A stretch of 47,783 nt of DNA from Pseudomonadota bacterium (lineage in GTDB: Bacteria > Bdellovibrionota_B > Oligoflexia > Silvanigrellales > Silvanigrellaceae): contig JBDLRP010000018.1 of NCBI GenBank assembly GCA_039799905.1, positions 1 through 47,783 of the forward strand, given 5' to 3'. Below the pieces are notes generated by a model. It saw only the letters and a list, made by a program, of their open reading frames with translations. It was not told the origin of the DNA and did not search any database. The position numbers were made by a program, and so were the translations under genes. Positions 19,074 to 28,485 of this stretch are shown one piece after another; the stretch's first letter is position 1, and every line of letters starts with the position of its first letter.

Positions 19074-19832
19074 TCAGCGACCGGCTTTGCCGCCGCCACT
19101 GCGCCAAAACTTTTCGACAAGCTTTTGTTCACTGCGAGAAAGCTTATCCCAGAGTCGGTGCAGCAAATCGGGCCGTTGCAAGGCCGTCCGACGCAACTGC
19201 TCATGCCGCCGGAAGCGCGCCACTTCCGAGTGATTGCCCGACAATAATACGCTCGGCACATTCTGCCCGGCAAATTCAACCGGATGAGTGTACTGAGGTG
19301 CCTCCAACAGTCCGTCCTCAAAACTGTCGCTCTTTGCACTCTGACTGTTGCCGAGCACACCGGGAACAAACCGGGCAATGCTGTCCATCATGCACACCGC
19401 CGCCGGCTCTCCGCCTGAAAGAACAAAATCACCGACCGAGAGTTCAACGTGCGCGCGGGAAGAAACAAACCGTTCATCAAAGCCGGCATAGCGGCCGCAC
19501 AAAAAAATAAGGTGACCATCGGCACACGCGAGTTTTTGCGCCCACTCGTTATCGAAAACCTTGCCCCCCGGAGAAACATGTATGACCGTTGCCTTTGGAG
19601 TCTGCACAGAATCAAGCGCACGATTGCAAAGGTCGGGAAGAAGAACCATCCCGTCGCCGCCGCCGAGCGGATGTCCGTCAACACTGCGGCGCGGGTCTTC
19701 AGCAAATTCCCGCGGATTAACAAAATCTAAACTGATAAGACTTTTTCCGACACCGCGCGAAAAAACGCCTTCTTCGAGAAGTGGGGCGAACATTCGTGGA
19801 AACAATGTAAATGCTGTCATTCGAAGTGTCAT
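19074..19832 (-). CDS. trmD: tRNA (guanine37-N1)-methyltransferase
   Basis: TLFPRMF, GGGDGMVL, LCGRYAGFDER, SVGDFVLSGGE, GLLEAPQYT, LLSGNH. Confidence 0.96.
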   Translation of the reverse strand: MTLRMTAFTLFPRMFAPLLEEGVFSRGVGKSLISLDFVNPREFAEDPRRSVDGHPLGGGDGMVLLPDLCNRALDSVQTPKATVIHVSPGGKVFDNEWAQKLACADGHLIFLCGRYAGFDERFVSSRAHVELSVGDFVLSGGEPAAVCMMDSIARFVPGVLGNSQSAKSDSFEDGLLEAPQYTHPVEFAGQNVPSVLLSGNHSEVARFRRHEQLRRTALQRPDLLHRLWDKLSRSEQKLVEKFWRSGGGKAGR

Positions 19833-20389
19833 TGCGCCTGTCCGTCCAAAAACTCGGGAACGTCACGCACGACGATACAGCGTTCTTTTTCGCTGATGCT
19901 CACAATGAAAGATTCGAGAAACGGAAAAAGAATTGTTTCGCCGCCGCCACTGCGCTCAATTTCGAGAGTTTCCTGAGCACCAAAGTTGTGGATCGCAATC
20001 ACGACACCGCAAATACCCTCGCGCCCTTCCACCTCGACCCTGCAACCCACCAGGTCGCCGACGACATACTCATCCGCAACCGTGCTGATATCCCCGCGTG
20101 CGACAAACAAATGCGCATTGTAAAGAGCCTCGCATTCTTCGCGTCCGGAAACCTCGCGCAATTGAACGGCAAGTTTTCCTCCGCTGACGTAGGTGCTTTG
20201 AACGGTTGTCATGCGCTCGCCCTGCGCAGTCTGGAGCAGCAGCCGCGAATAACCGGGCCAATCGCTGCGGTTGTCTTGAGTCTTCAGAAAAAAAGCGCCG
20301 CGCACGCCGTGGGGACGCCCGACCTGTCCGAGCCACAAAAAACCTTCTGGCGTTTTGAGTGGAGACTGAGTTCCATGATTACTGCGCAT
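19829..20389 (-). CDS. rimM: 16S rRNA processing protein RimM
   Basis: GQVGRPHGVRG, DLVGCRV, NFGAQETLEI, LFPF. ATGA-coupled to trmD. Confidence 0.93.
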   Translation of the reverse strand: MRSNHGTQSPLKTPEGFLWLGQVGRPHGVRGAFFLKTQDNRSDWPGYSRLLLQTAQGERMTTVQSTYVSGGKLAVQLREVSGREECEALYNAHLFVARGDISTVADEYVVGDLVGCRVEVEGREGICGVVIAIHNFGAQETLEIERSGGGETILFPFLESFIVSISEKERCIVVRDVPEFLDGQAQ

Positions 20390-20529
20390 TGTGACTCCAT
20401 TGAGGCATTGAAACCCGACAGCTCGGCGATTTTGACAGAAACTGCCTGCTGGGATTTAACGACGACTCGCCTGCAGCGCAAGACGATTTCCGCAAGCTCA
20501 ACAAAGCGTTCTTCACCGGGGTACCCGAG

Positions 20530-21873
20530 ATGCTGAGTGACTACAGCCTTTTTCTGATTTCCCAGGCTTTTAGTGAGCTCGGTGACCACCTGTGGGCGCT
20601 TGGGCTGCGCAACTACCTGTTCGAAAATAGCCCTTGGACACCCGCCGCGGGACTCGCGGCGATCTTCTTGGTTCAGGCTATCCCCTTGTTTTTATTTGGG
20701 CCATGGCTCACACAATCGATCGGCCGCAGGTGGCGGAGCATCGCGCTCTCGGCCGACGCGGGTCGGATGGCCATTACTTTGGGCTTTGCCATTCTTCTCC
20801 TGACTCAGGGCAATTCCCTCGACTCTCCGACGATGGTGTTCACCCTCCTCGCAACGCAGTTTTTGCTGGAGCTCGGTTCACTCGTTTTCCAAAATTGCCG
20901 GAACTGTCTTGTTCCCGTGTTGTATCCCCGGCCTGAAGACATCACACGTGCGCATTTGTGGGCGAACGTCGCCAGTCTTTCGGCTGCAGGGTTGGTTCCT
21001 CTGTTTTTCTTTGCTGCCATGCCCGCAGGCGGGCGCATCGACATCGAGTGGCTCATGTTTGCGGCCTTTATTGACGCAATCACCTTCTCAATCAGTGGCG
21101 CCGCTCTTTTCGCACTGAAGCGTTCGAAGGCACTCCGCGAACTCGAGAGCAACACACTTAACATTCCGAAGGCGGTGTCATCGCCGCTCGAATTGCTTCG
21201 GCAGGGAATCACTACTGCGCGGAAATACCCTGCGGTCATCCGCATTTTATTGTTTTCCTTTCTTTATAACCTGCTTCTCATGGGACCCGTCGAAATTGGT
21301 CTTGTCACCTTTTTGCGGCAGGATCTCGGCTTGCCGCCGGTTGCGCTGGCAATCAACCTGCTGGTTTTTCTGGGCGGAGTTTTTGCCGGCACTTTTCTCG
21401 CCAATGCCCTCTGGAAATCGGGCGGCGCGCACCACATGCGACGCTTTTCTTATTCTATCTTCTGGGACGGTGTGACTTTCTTTCCGATTTGTCTGTTCGC
21501 ACTTCTCAGGAATCAATTGTCCGCGGGTTCCTTCCAACTCGGACTGGTTCTTTTATTTTTTGCCCACTACATGATCGTCCCGTTCGTCAGGGTCAGTCGC
21601 TTGGCTGCCATTCAAACGCAGGCTAGCAAAGACGACTGGAGCTCTCTGCTTGGTTTCCACGCGATAGCGGTCGAAGGTGCTGCAGCTGTTTCTGTCATCT
21701 TCGTGGCCTTCCTTTTGCCGGACATGTCGGGCAACTCACTTCTGGCGTGGGGCGGAAGCGGCGCGACCCTCTGCGGTGTGGCCGGTTTGTATCTTCTCAG
21801 GCAAAATGCAGCGAAGGATAAACGCGAGGGGACATTCCCTGACTGCGCCAATGAATCGAACAAAGGCGGCTGA
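20530..21873 (+). CDS. MFS transporter
   Basis: About 12 hydrophobic segments, SQAFSELGD N-terminal pattern. The frame is open upstream to 20404, so the start may be earlier. Confidence 0.8.
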   Translation: MLSDYSLFLISQAFSELGDHLWALGLRNYLFENSPWTPAAGLAAIFLVQAIPLFLFGPWLTQSIGRRWRSIALSADAGRMAITLGFAILLLTQGNSLDSPTMVFTLLATQFLLELGSLVFQNCRNCLVPVLYPRPEDITRAHLWANVASLSAAGLVPLFFFAAMPAGGRIDIEWLMFAAFIDAITFSISGAALFALKRSKALRELESNTLNIPKAVSSPLELLRQGITTARKYPAVIRILLFSFLYNLLLMGPVEIGLVTFLRQDLGLPPVALAINLLVFLGGVFAGTFLANALWKSGGAHHMRRFSYSIFWDGVTFFPICLFALLRNQLSAGSFQLGLVLLFFAHYMIVPFVRVSRLAAIQTQASKDDWSSLLGFHAIAVEGAAAVSVIFVAFLLPDMSGNSLLAWGGSGATLCGVAGLYLLRQNAAKDKREGTFPDCANESNKGG

Positions 21874-22756
21874 ATTGAAAGACTCACAACCAACGCTCTA
21901 TATCGTCGCAACGCCAATCGGCACGCTGGCCGACTGTTCTCCGCGCGCGCGAGAAATTCTTGCCACGGCTGGCTTCATTGCTTGCGAGGACACGCGCAGA
22001 ACCAAAGAATTATTGTTGGCCCTCGATTTGCAGCATGGACCGCTAGTCAGCCTGCACGAGCACAATGAACGAAACAAAACCGCCGAGCTCGTCGAACGCC
22101 TGCTGCATGAGAAACAAAAATGCGCAGCATTGGTCAGCGATGCAGGAACTCCAGCAATCAGCGATCCGGGTGCTTTGTTTGTCGATGCGTGCCATTCCGC
22201 CGACATCCGTGTAGAGAGCGTCCCTGGCCCCTCGAGCCTGCCTGCTGCCGCAGCGGCTTCCGGATTTCTCCGTCCGCGCATCATTTTTTCAGGCTTTCTT
22301 TCGCGCAACGGCAAGGAGCAACGTGAAGAATTTGACCGCTGGAAACACTGCTCCCCATGTGTTGCTGTGTGTTTTGAGAGCCCCAACCGGGTTCTGCAAA
22401 CCCTTAAAAATGCGTCCGAGACTTTTCCCGACGGCGTGAACGTCTGCGTTTCTCGTGAGATTTCAAAAAAATTTGAGGAGCATATCCGTGGCTCGCTCGG
22501 TGAAGTCCTGCAAAAAATTTCTACCCTCGAAACGCTGCGCGGCGAATGCGTCATATGCTTCGACCTTGCGGGCGGCATGCAGGCCGAGAATTCACAGCCC
22601 AAACTGACACTCGAGGAAGCCACAAATCTGGCTCACGAAATTATCTCGTCAACACCCAACGCGCGTGTCAAAGAGGTCACCAAACAGCTTGCCGAAAAGC
22701 ATCAGCTGAATGCAAAAGAGCTCTACAACGCAGTGATCGGGAGTCGCAAATCGTGA
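21851..22756 (+). CDS. rsmI: 16S rRNA C1402 2'-O-methyltransferase
   Basis: LYIVATPIG, ACEDTR, HEHNE, LVSDAGTPAISDPG, FESPNR, REISKKFEE, RGE. Confidence 0.95.
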   Translation: MNRTKAAELKDSQPTLYIVATPIGTLADCSPRAREILATAGFIACEDTRRTKELLLALDLQHGPLVSLHEHNERNKTAELVERLLHEKQKCAALVSDAGTPAISDPGALFVDACHSADIRVESVPGPSSLPAAAAASGFLRPRIIFSGFLSRNGKEQREEFDRWKHCSPCVAVCFESPNRVLQTLKNASETFPDGVNVCVSREISKKFEEHIRGSLGEVLQKISTLETLRGECVICFDLAGGMQAENSQPKLTLEEATNLAHEIISSTPNARVKEVTKQLAEKHQLNAKELYNAVIGSRKS

Positions 22757-24114
22757 GTCAGGTCAGCAATCGCTACACGCGCAGCGAATGGCTGCACATC
22801 GAAAGGCAGCTTGACCTGTGGTTCGCAGAAGGGCACGCGCGCCATTCATTTCTTCCCTACCACGCATCTCAGATACCCGAAGCACTCGCACTCTTTGCAT
22901 GCTCGCTCTATAAACGTGGAGCCGCAGGAATAGTCGAAATAGAAAGCGGAATTCAGAAACCCGCACCTGCCCGCCGACAAAAACAAATTCAAGAGCATCA
23001 CAAAAGTTATCAGACTTGGGATGAGTTCTTTTCCGCGGAGCTCAAAATGAACGGAGACATCCGTGGATACACCGTGATTGCGGATGCCAAGGTCGCCGAA
23101 TTGCACCCGTTGATTGCAGCACGCTGCGGCGCGGAGGGCGTGCGAATTATCAGGGTCGCGGGCGGCGAAAACAATAAAAATCTGAATGCAGCCTTGGAGC
23201 TCTGCGAACAACTGGATCAAGAATGCAGAGAGGTTGTTGTGGTGGGCGGGGGACTGACCTGTGATCTCGCCGCATTTGCTGCAGCTCTGCTCGGCCTAAA
23301 AATCACCCTCGTTCCGACCACTCTGCTTGCTCTTGTCGATGCCGGCCTCGGCGGAAAGACCGCAGTCAACCACCCTATTGCAGGCAAAAACCAAATCGGA
23401 CTTTTTTCTGAAATACAATCTGTCGTTTGTGTGCGGGACACGCTGACGACTCTCTCGTCTCTTCAGCTGCGCGAAGGTTGTGGGGAAATTCTCAAACACG
23501 CGTGGCTTTCCGGCCGCTTTGCAGAATGGAAAGTTGCGGTCGAAAAAATTTTCTCAACTCATCCTGCAGCAGCTTTCCAAGATCCAGACGTCATCAATCT
23601 GATCAGCGAGAACGTAAACTTCAAGCAGGCTGTGGTCGCGGTTGATCCCTTTGAGGAAAACCTGCGCGTGCTGCTGAATTTGGGGCACACGCTGGCCCAT
23701 ATGCTCGAGGGACTCAATATTTCGGCTTCCGGCCGGACAGAAAAGTTCAACGAACTTTCACATGGAGTTGCTGTCGCTCTTGGTCTTCACACGTTGCTCA
23801 AATGCGGCCTGCTCCGTCGTGCGCCCGAAGGCTACATAGAAGCTCTCGAGGCAATCTGCGGACATCTGCGCGCGAAATTCCCGCTCTTCACACTGGCACA
23901 AGACGAAGTAAAGGCTTTACGCTTGCTGAGGCAAGACAAAAAGAACTCTGCCGCACCTCTGTCGGACTCTGTCCGTTGCGTGCTTCCGGAATATGGAGAA
24001 CTTGCTTTAATCCCGGATGCGACTGATGCAGGGACAACAGTTGCGCGCTCAGTCAGGAATATTCCGGCCACCACCCTACTGCAGAAAATCAAAGAGAGCG
24101 GGGTCTTTGCATGA
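22753..24114 (+). CDS. aroB: 3-dehydroquinate synthase with N-terminal extension
   Basis: GGGLTCDLAAF, PTTLLALVDAGLGGKTAVN, KNQIG, LNLGHTLAH, SHGVAV, DKK. GTGA overlap with the rsmI stop. Confidence 0.88.
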   Translation: MSQVSNRYTRSEWLHIERQLDLWFAEGHARHSFLPYHASQIPEALALFACSLYKRGAAGIVEIESGIQKPAPARRQKQIQEHHKSYQTWDEFFSAELKMNGDIRGYTVIADAKVAELHPLIAARCGAEGVRIIRVAGGENNKNLNAALELCEQLDQECREVVVVGGGLTCDLAAFAAALLGLKITLVPTTLLALVDAGLGGKTAVNHPIAGKNQIGLFSEIQSVVCVRDTLTTLSSLQLREGCGEILKHAWLSGRFAEWKVAVEKIFSTHPAAAFQDPDVINLISENVNFKQAVVAVDPFEENLRVLLNLGHTLAHMLEGLNISASGRTEKFNELSHGVAVALGLHTLLKCGLLRRAPEGYIEALEAICGHLRAKFPLFTLAQDEVKALRLLRQDKKNSAAPLSDSVRCVLPEYGELALIPDATDAGTTVARSVRNIPATTLLQKIKESGVFA

Positions 24115-24989
24115 ATATCAAGCGCCACTCCCCGGAACGCCATGATCTGCTCACAGATCAACTCTGGCTGACAATTGATTCAGAACAGCGCATCGCCACT
24201 GTGAATTTCGACATCCCAAAATCACGTAACGCTGTCTCTCTTCAACTGGCTGAGGTCTTGTGTGACTTGAGCAGGCAGATTGCCGGCCCAGACCTCAACG
24301 GTCGATTCGGCAAAATGATTCGGGAGAAGCAGATTCTCGTTCTCGTATTGCGCTCGCATTGTCCGGATGTGTTTCTTTCTGGCGGAGATCTGCGTGAACT
24401 TGCTGGCGCAAGTGAGGCTCAGGGGCACATCTTCATTGGTCAGATGCGAGAATTCACACAGATGCTGCGCACCGGACCGTTGGTCAGCATCGCCGTGCTC
24501 AATGGTGTGGCGGCCGGCGGCGGAGCAGAAATCGCGCTGGCAACAGATCTGCGCGCCATCGTATCGTCAACTGCACGGATCCATTTTGCTCAAAGCCTTT
24601 GGGGTGTGCCCGCCGGTTGGGGAATGATGACAGACCTCACCAACAAAGGCGTGTTTTTCTCGGAACGCAGGCGCGGGATCGCAATGGCCGCGCAGGATTG
24701 GCTGGACGTTCAGAAACTCGAATCACTTGGTCTTGCTGACGCACGCTTCGACAACTCGGCACACGCAGATGAAGCGTGCATGCAATGGCTCGTCGGTTTT
24801 GCCAACCGCCTCGGACAATGCCCGCCCGAACTGCGAACTGCACTGATCGCCGAGCGGCCGCAGCAGCCGGCTGACAAACTTGCTGAATTTGATAAAGAAC
24901 TCTTTGACAAGCACTGGCTTGCAGCGGAGCACCGCAACAGGCTGAACTCTTTTCTGGCGCAACGCAGTAAACAATCCAAAAGAGGGTGA
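24111..24989 (+). CDS. Crotonase-superfamily enzyme (enoyl-CoA hydratase/isomerase; ECHDC1-like)
   Basis: RNAVS, FLSGGDL, NGVAAGGGAEIALATDLR, GWG. Confidence 0.85.
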   Translation: MNIKRHSPERHDLLTDQLWLTIDSEQRIATVNFDIPKSRNAVSLQLAEVLCDLSRQIAGPDLNGRFGKMIREKQILVLVLRSHCPDVFLSGGDLRELAGASEAQGHIFIGQMREFTQMLRTGPLVSIAVLNGVAAGGGAEIALATDLRAIVSSTARIHFAQSLWGVPAGWGMMTDLTNKGVFFSERRRGIAMAAQDWLDVQKLESLGLADARFDNSAHADEACMQWLVGFANRLGQCPPELRTALIAERPQQPADKLAEFDKELFDKHWLAAEHRNRLNSFLAQRSKQSKRG

Positions 24990-24990
24990 C

Positions 24991-25179
24991 ATGATGGCGG
25001 CATTTTTGAATCCATTTCTCTTGCCTGTTCTTTGCTTGGGGCTTGTCGGCGCTTGCGGAGTCAAATCCGCCCCAACACCGCTGCTCGATTCGCCCCCTTC
25101 CGAACTGAATCTTGAAAAAGACAACCGGGCTGCAGAAAAAAAAGCGCGCGAAAAACAAAAGGAAAAACAGAAGCCATGA
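24991..25179 (+). CDS. Small lipoprotein (LptM/YifL-like)
   Basis: Lipobox VGAC followed by GVKSAPTP, resembling the CGxKGPL motif. Charged tail. Tightly coupled to neighbours. Confidence 0.6.
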   Translation: MMAAFLNPFLLPVLCLGLVGACGVKSAPTPLLDSPPSELNLEKDNRAAEKKAREKQKEKQKP

Positions 25180-26132
25180 GCAAAGCCGAGGTCTGGCCCA
25201 AAACCCGCTTCTTTGATTTATTTTCTGCCGACCATCCTATTGTTCAGGGTGGAATGGTCTGGGTGAGCGGAGGCAAACTCGCAGCAGCTGTCTCCGAAGC
25301 GGGAGGGGTTGGGCTGATTGGTGCTGGTTCGATGAAACCCGAACTTCTTCAACACCACATCCGTAAGGCCAATTCACTGACCACACGCGAATTCGGTATC
25401 AATATACCGCTGCTCTATAAAGATGTGCAGGCGCAACTCCAGACCGCAGTAGATGAGGGCGTGCGGCTGTTTTTCACCAGCGCCGGCTCACCTAAGCTGT
25501 TCACCGGTTGGCTCAAAAGTCAGGGTTGCAAGGTCGTTCACGTGGCCAGCACACCCGAGCTGGCATTGAAGTGCCAGGATGCCGGCGTTGATGGAGTTGT
25601 GGTCGAAGGTTTTGAGGCCGGCGGTCACAATGGGCGTGATGAGCTCACAACACTGGTTCTTCTCCAGCAATTGCAAGGAAAAATGAATATTCCGCTGATT
25701 GCGGCGGGCGGGATCGGTTCGGGGGCTGCCATTGCTGCCGCGCTCGCGCTCGGAGCTGATGGCGTGCAGATCGGCACCCGTTTTGCGGCGACCGTTGAAA
25801 GTTCAGCGCATCCGGCTTTCAAGCAGGCCATGGTTAATGCCGGCAACACCTCAACATTCCTGCGCATGAAAAAGCTGGTTCCCGTCAGGCTTCTGGACAA
25901 CCCATTTAGCGAAACGATCAGGATAGCAGAGGAAACTAACGCCGACTCGGAACAACTCGCCAAAATCCTTGGCAAAGGAAGGGCCAAAGCAGGAATGCTC
26001 GAGGGCGATTTGCAGGAAGGTGAACTCGAGATTGGGCAGATTGTTTCGATTGTTAAAGACATCCCCACATGCAGGCAACTCATTGAGGCGTTTGTCGCGG
26101 AATATTCCCTCGCAAAAAGCCGCTTGCGTTAA
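25176..26132 (+). CDS. FabK-like enoyl-ACP reductase / nitronate monooxygenase-family flavoprotein
   Basis: PIVQGGMVW, EGFEAGGHNG, IAAGGI, GVQIGTRF, EIGQ. Confidence 0.88.
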   Translation: MSKAEVWPKTRFFDLFSADHPIVQGGMVWVSGGKLAAAVSEAGGVGLIGAGSMKPELLQHHIRKANSLTTREFGINIPLLYKDVQAQLQTAVDEGVRLFFTSAGSPKLFTGWLKSQGCKVVHVASTPELALKCQDAGVDGVVVEGFEAGGHNGRDELTTLVLLQQLQGKMNIPLIAAGGIGSGAAIAAALALGADGVQIGTRFAATVESSAHPAFKQAMVNAGNTSTFLRMKKLVPVRLLDNPFSETIRIAEETNADSEQLAKILGKGRAKAGMLEGDLQEGELEIGQIVSIVKDIPTCRQLIEAFVAEYSLAKSRLR

Positions 26133-26211
26133 GCTGCAAAAATTACGTCACTTTATCCAATTAATTTTCATAAAATAAATTATTTTTTGATTGAATTACT
26201 CTTGTTTTATG

Positions 26212-26251
26212 CGGGTTTGTGGGAAGTATTTTCCGCCCGAATTTTTTTTTT
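26212..26251 (+). terminator. Possible intrinsic terminator upstream of flagellin
   Basis: Imperfect stem CGGG..GGGAA-GTAT-TTTCC.CCCG followed by a T10 run. Confidence 0.35.
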
Positions 26252-26297
26252 ATTCCTGTCATTCCCTCGATTTAGAAAAAATCTCGGTGAAGCCGGC

Positions 26298-26324
26298 TAA
26301 AGACTTCCCAGCACTCCCCGAATC
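26298..26324 (+). promoter_or_regulatory. Putative sigma28 (FliA) promoter of flagellin
   Basis: TAAA-N15-CCCGAATC versus consensus TAAA-N15-GCCGATAA, about 95 nt upstream of the flagellin ATG. Confidence 0.55.
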
Positions 26325-26348
26325 AATTGGTGAAAGTTTTGCAGCACA

Positions 26349-26413
26349 GAGCAATGGATGCTCACAAGCTGCAGGGCTTGGGGCAATTGTTCACTAAGAG
26401 GTTCATGGAGGAA
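26349..26413 (+). promoter_or_regulatory. Two putative CsrA-binding sites in the flagellin leader
   Basis: GAGCA-ATGGA-TGCTC hairpin (26349-26363) and a second ATGGA (26405-26409) overlapping the SD. Confidence 0.65.
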
Positions 26414-26419
26414 TCGCTC

Positions 26420-27340
26420 ATGGGTTTGCGCATCGCCAGCAATGTTCAATCTCTCACAGCGCAGAGAAATCTGAACGCCACTTCGGAAGCCAACAGTGCA
26501 AGTATGGAAAAACTTGCTTCGGGCTTTCGAATCAACAAAGCCGCGGACGACTCCGCCGGTTTGGCTATCTCCGAAAAATTGAAGGCCGACATTCGCGGTC
26601 TCAACATGGCTCGGAGAAATGCCAGCGACGGTGTCTCGCTCATTCAAACTGCAGAAGGTGGGTTGAATGAAGTTGGAAACATCCTCGGCCGCCTGCGCGA
26701 ACTAGCGGTGCAGGGTTCTTCCGACACCGTGGGCGACACCGAGCGTGGATTCCTCAACAAAGAATTCGCCCAGCTCAAAAACGAAATCACACGCATCTCG
26801 CAGTCGACCGAATACAACGGAACCCTGCTGATTGGCGGCGACGCAGACAGCATGGATGAAAATCTCAAGGCTCGCAGCAACGCTTATCCCCTCGAGATTC
26901 AGATTGGCAAAAACTATTTTGCAAGCGTCGATTCAAAAGATCAGGGTTCGCCCATCAACGTGCTGCGGATCGACCTGCAGGACATCAACTCCACTGTAGG
27001 TGAGGACGGCCTCAATCTTGGAGCGGCACCGGATGACGGCGCACATGTTAACAACAAAGAGTCGGCACAGCAGTCCATCGACCGGCTGGATCAGGCAATC
27101 ACCAAGGTTTCCGGCTACCGTTCTACACTGGGCGCACTGCAAAACCGGCTCAACTCGGCAATCTCAAACCTGTCGGTACAGGCAGAAAACGCCAACGCCG
27201 CCAACAGCCGCATTCGCGATACCGATTTTGCGGATGAGAGCGCGAAGCTCACACAGACGAATATCTTGAAGCAATCGGGTGTTGCGGTCCTTTCGCAGGC
27301 CAACCAAACTCCTCAGCTTGCACTGAGATTGCTTGGCTAA
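26420..27340 (+). CDS. fliC: Flagellin (short, 306 aa)
   Basis: MGLRIASN, EKLASGFRINKAADDSAGL, QTAEGGLNE, RSTLGALQNRL, SRIRDTD, QANQTPQLALRLL. Confidence 0.97.
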   Translation: MGLRIASNVQSLTAQRNLNATSEANSASMEKLASGFRINKAADDSAGLAISEKLKADIRGLNMARRNASDGVSLIQTAEGGLNEVGNILGRLRELAVQGSSDTVGDTERGFLNKEFAQLKNEITRISQSTEYNGTLLIGGDADSMDENLKARSNAYPLEIQIGKNYFASVDSKDQGSPINVLRIDLQDINSTVGEDGLNLGAAPDDGAHVNNKESAQQSIDRLDQAITKVSGYRSTLGALQNRLNSAISNLSVQAENANAANSRIRDTDFADESAKLTQTNILKQSGVAVLSQANQTPQLALRLLG

Positions 27341-27403
27341 GACCTCAGGACGTGACACAACCCTCCTTTCTGCGGGTCGATTCCCCTGATCGGAGAAACG
27401 TCA

Positions 27404-28357
27404 ATGGCAATTGCCCTTATAGGTGCTGGTGCAGCAGGCGCAGCCTGCGTCTCGGTCCTGCGTTCACGCGGGGCCGAATTCTCTATTTTTGAAAAATCGC
27501 GCGGAGTCGGCGGACGGTTGACAACACGACGGGTCAGCGGCGTTCTTCCCGCAGGCGAGCTCGCTTACGATCACGGCGCAGCCAAATTCTCTCTGAATGA
27601 CACCCTGATCCATGCGCTGTCGGGCAGCATCGGAGAATCAACTCTGCAACCGTTCGCAGGAGAATACGTCGCGCAACCGACAATGCCTCAACTGGTAAAA
27701 GACCTGCTCGGATCTGCAAAAATCAATACCCTGACCGAAATCGAAAAGATTGAGGGCAAAGCCGGTGAATGGTGGTTGGTGATAAAAAATCAGGAAAACC
27801 ACTCTGCAGCACTGCAAAAAGCCGGCCCATTCAGCAAGATCATATGCACGGCCCCTGCCCCGCAGGCACTCAAGTTGCTGGCCGAGGTGAACTGCTCATG
27901 GAAAGACGAACTCAAAAAAATTTCGTATGATCCCTGCTGGGCATTGATGTTCACGCTGCGCGGTGAAAATGCACTTGTATCCCTCCCAGCCGATGAAACA
28001 TTTTCCGGTTTGACGCAACAACACTGCAAAGCGGGAAGGACCCGCCATGGTCATTTTCAATCGTGGGTCGCACATGCCGGAAGCACTTGGAGCTGGACTC
28101 ACCTCGAAGAAACAGCAGAACAGGTCAATGCGCTGCTGTTGCCCAAAGCTTTGCACAAGCTGGGTTCTTCGGCCGATCAGGTGATTCACTCTACGGCCCA
28201 CCGTTGGCGTTATGCCACAGTGCGAAATCCACTTGCAGTCGACTTTCTATGTGACCAATCTGCCGGACTTTTTTATGCGGGAGATGGTTGCCGCGGCACA
28301 GGTGTGGCAGGGGCTCTGCAGAGCGGGCTAAGTGCCGCAGGAAGCCTACTCATCTAA
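27404..28357 (+). CDS. Renalase-like FAD-dependent oxidoreductase
   Basis: IGAGAAG, FEKSRGVGGRLTTRR, DHGA, HRWRYA, GD...ALQSG. Confidence 0.88.
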   Translation: MAIALIGAGAAGAACVSVLRSRGAEFSIFEKSRGVGGRLTTRRVSGVLPAGELAYDHGAAKFSLNDTLIHALSGSIGESTLQPFAGEYVAQPTMPQLVKDLLGSAKINTLTEIEKIEGKAGEWWLVIKNQENHSAALQKAGPFSKIICTAPAPQALKLLAEVNCSWKDELKKISYDPCWALMFTLRGENALVSLPADETFSGLTQQHCKAGRTRHGHFQSWVAHAGSTWSWTHLEETAEQVNALLLPKALHKLGSSADQVIHSTAHRWRYATVRNPLAVDFLCDQSAGLFYAGDGCRGTGVAGALQSGLSAAGSLLI

Positions 28358-28419
28358 AGCGCTTAGACCGACCAAGCCAACCCACCCCTCCACAATCTTT
28401 TCAAAAAGCTCAACAACAC

Positions 28420-28447
28420 TGAAGTTTTACCGTCCCCCTGCCGATAT
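28420..28447 (+). promoter_or_regulatory. Putative sigma28-type promoter
   Basis: TGAAGTTT-N12-GCCGATAT, 38 nt upstream of ATG 28486. Confidence 0.5.
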
Positions 28448-28485
28448 CCTCCAAGGTGGAGAACGTGGCGTTGGGGAACAATCAA

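Noticed and set aside
20284..20589. ORF upstream of rimM as RpsP or KH-domain protein
   Set aside because: No S16 or GxxG KH motifs, and it overlaps both rimM and the MFS gene.
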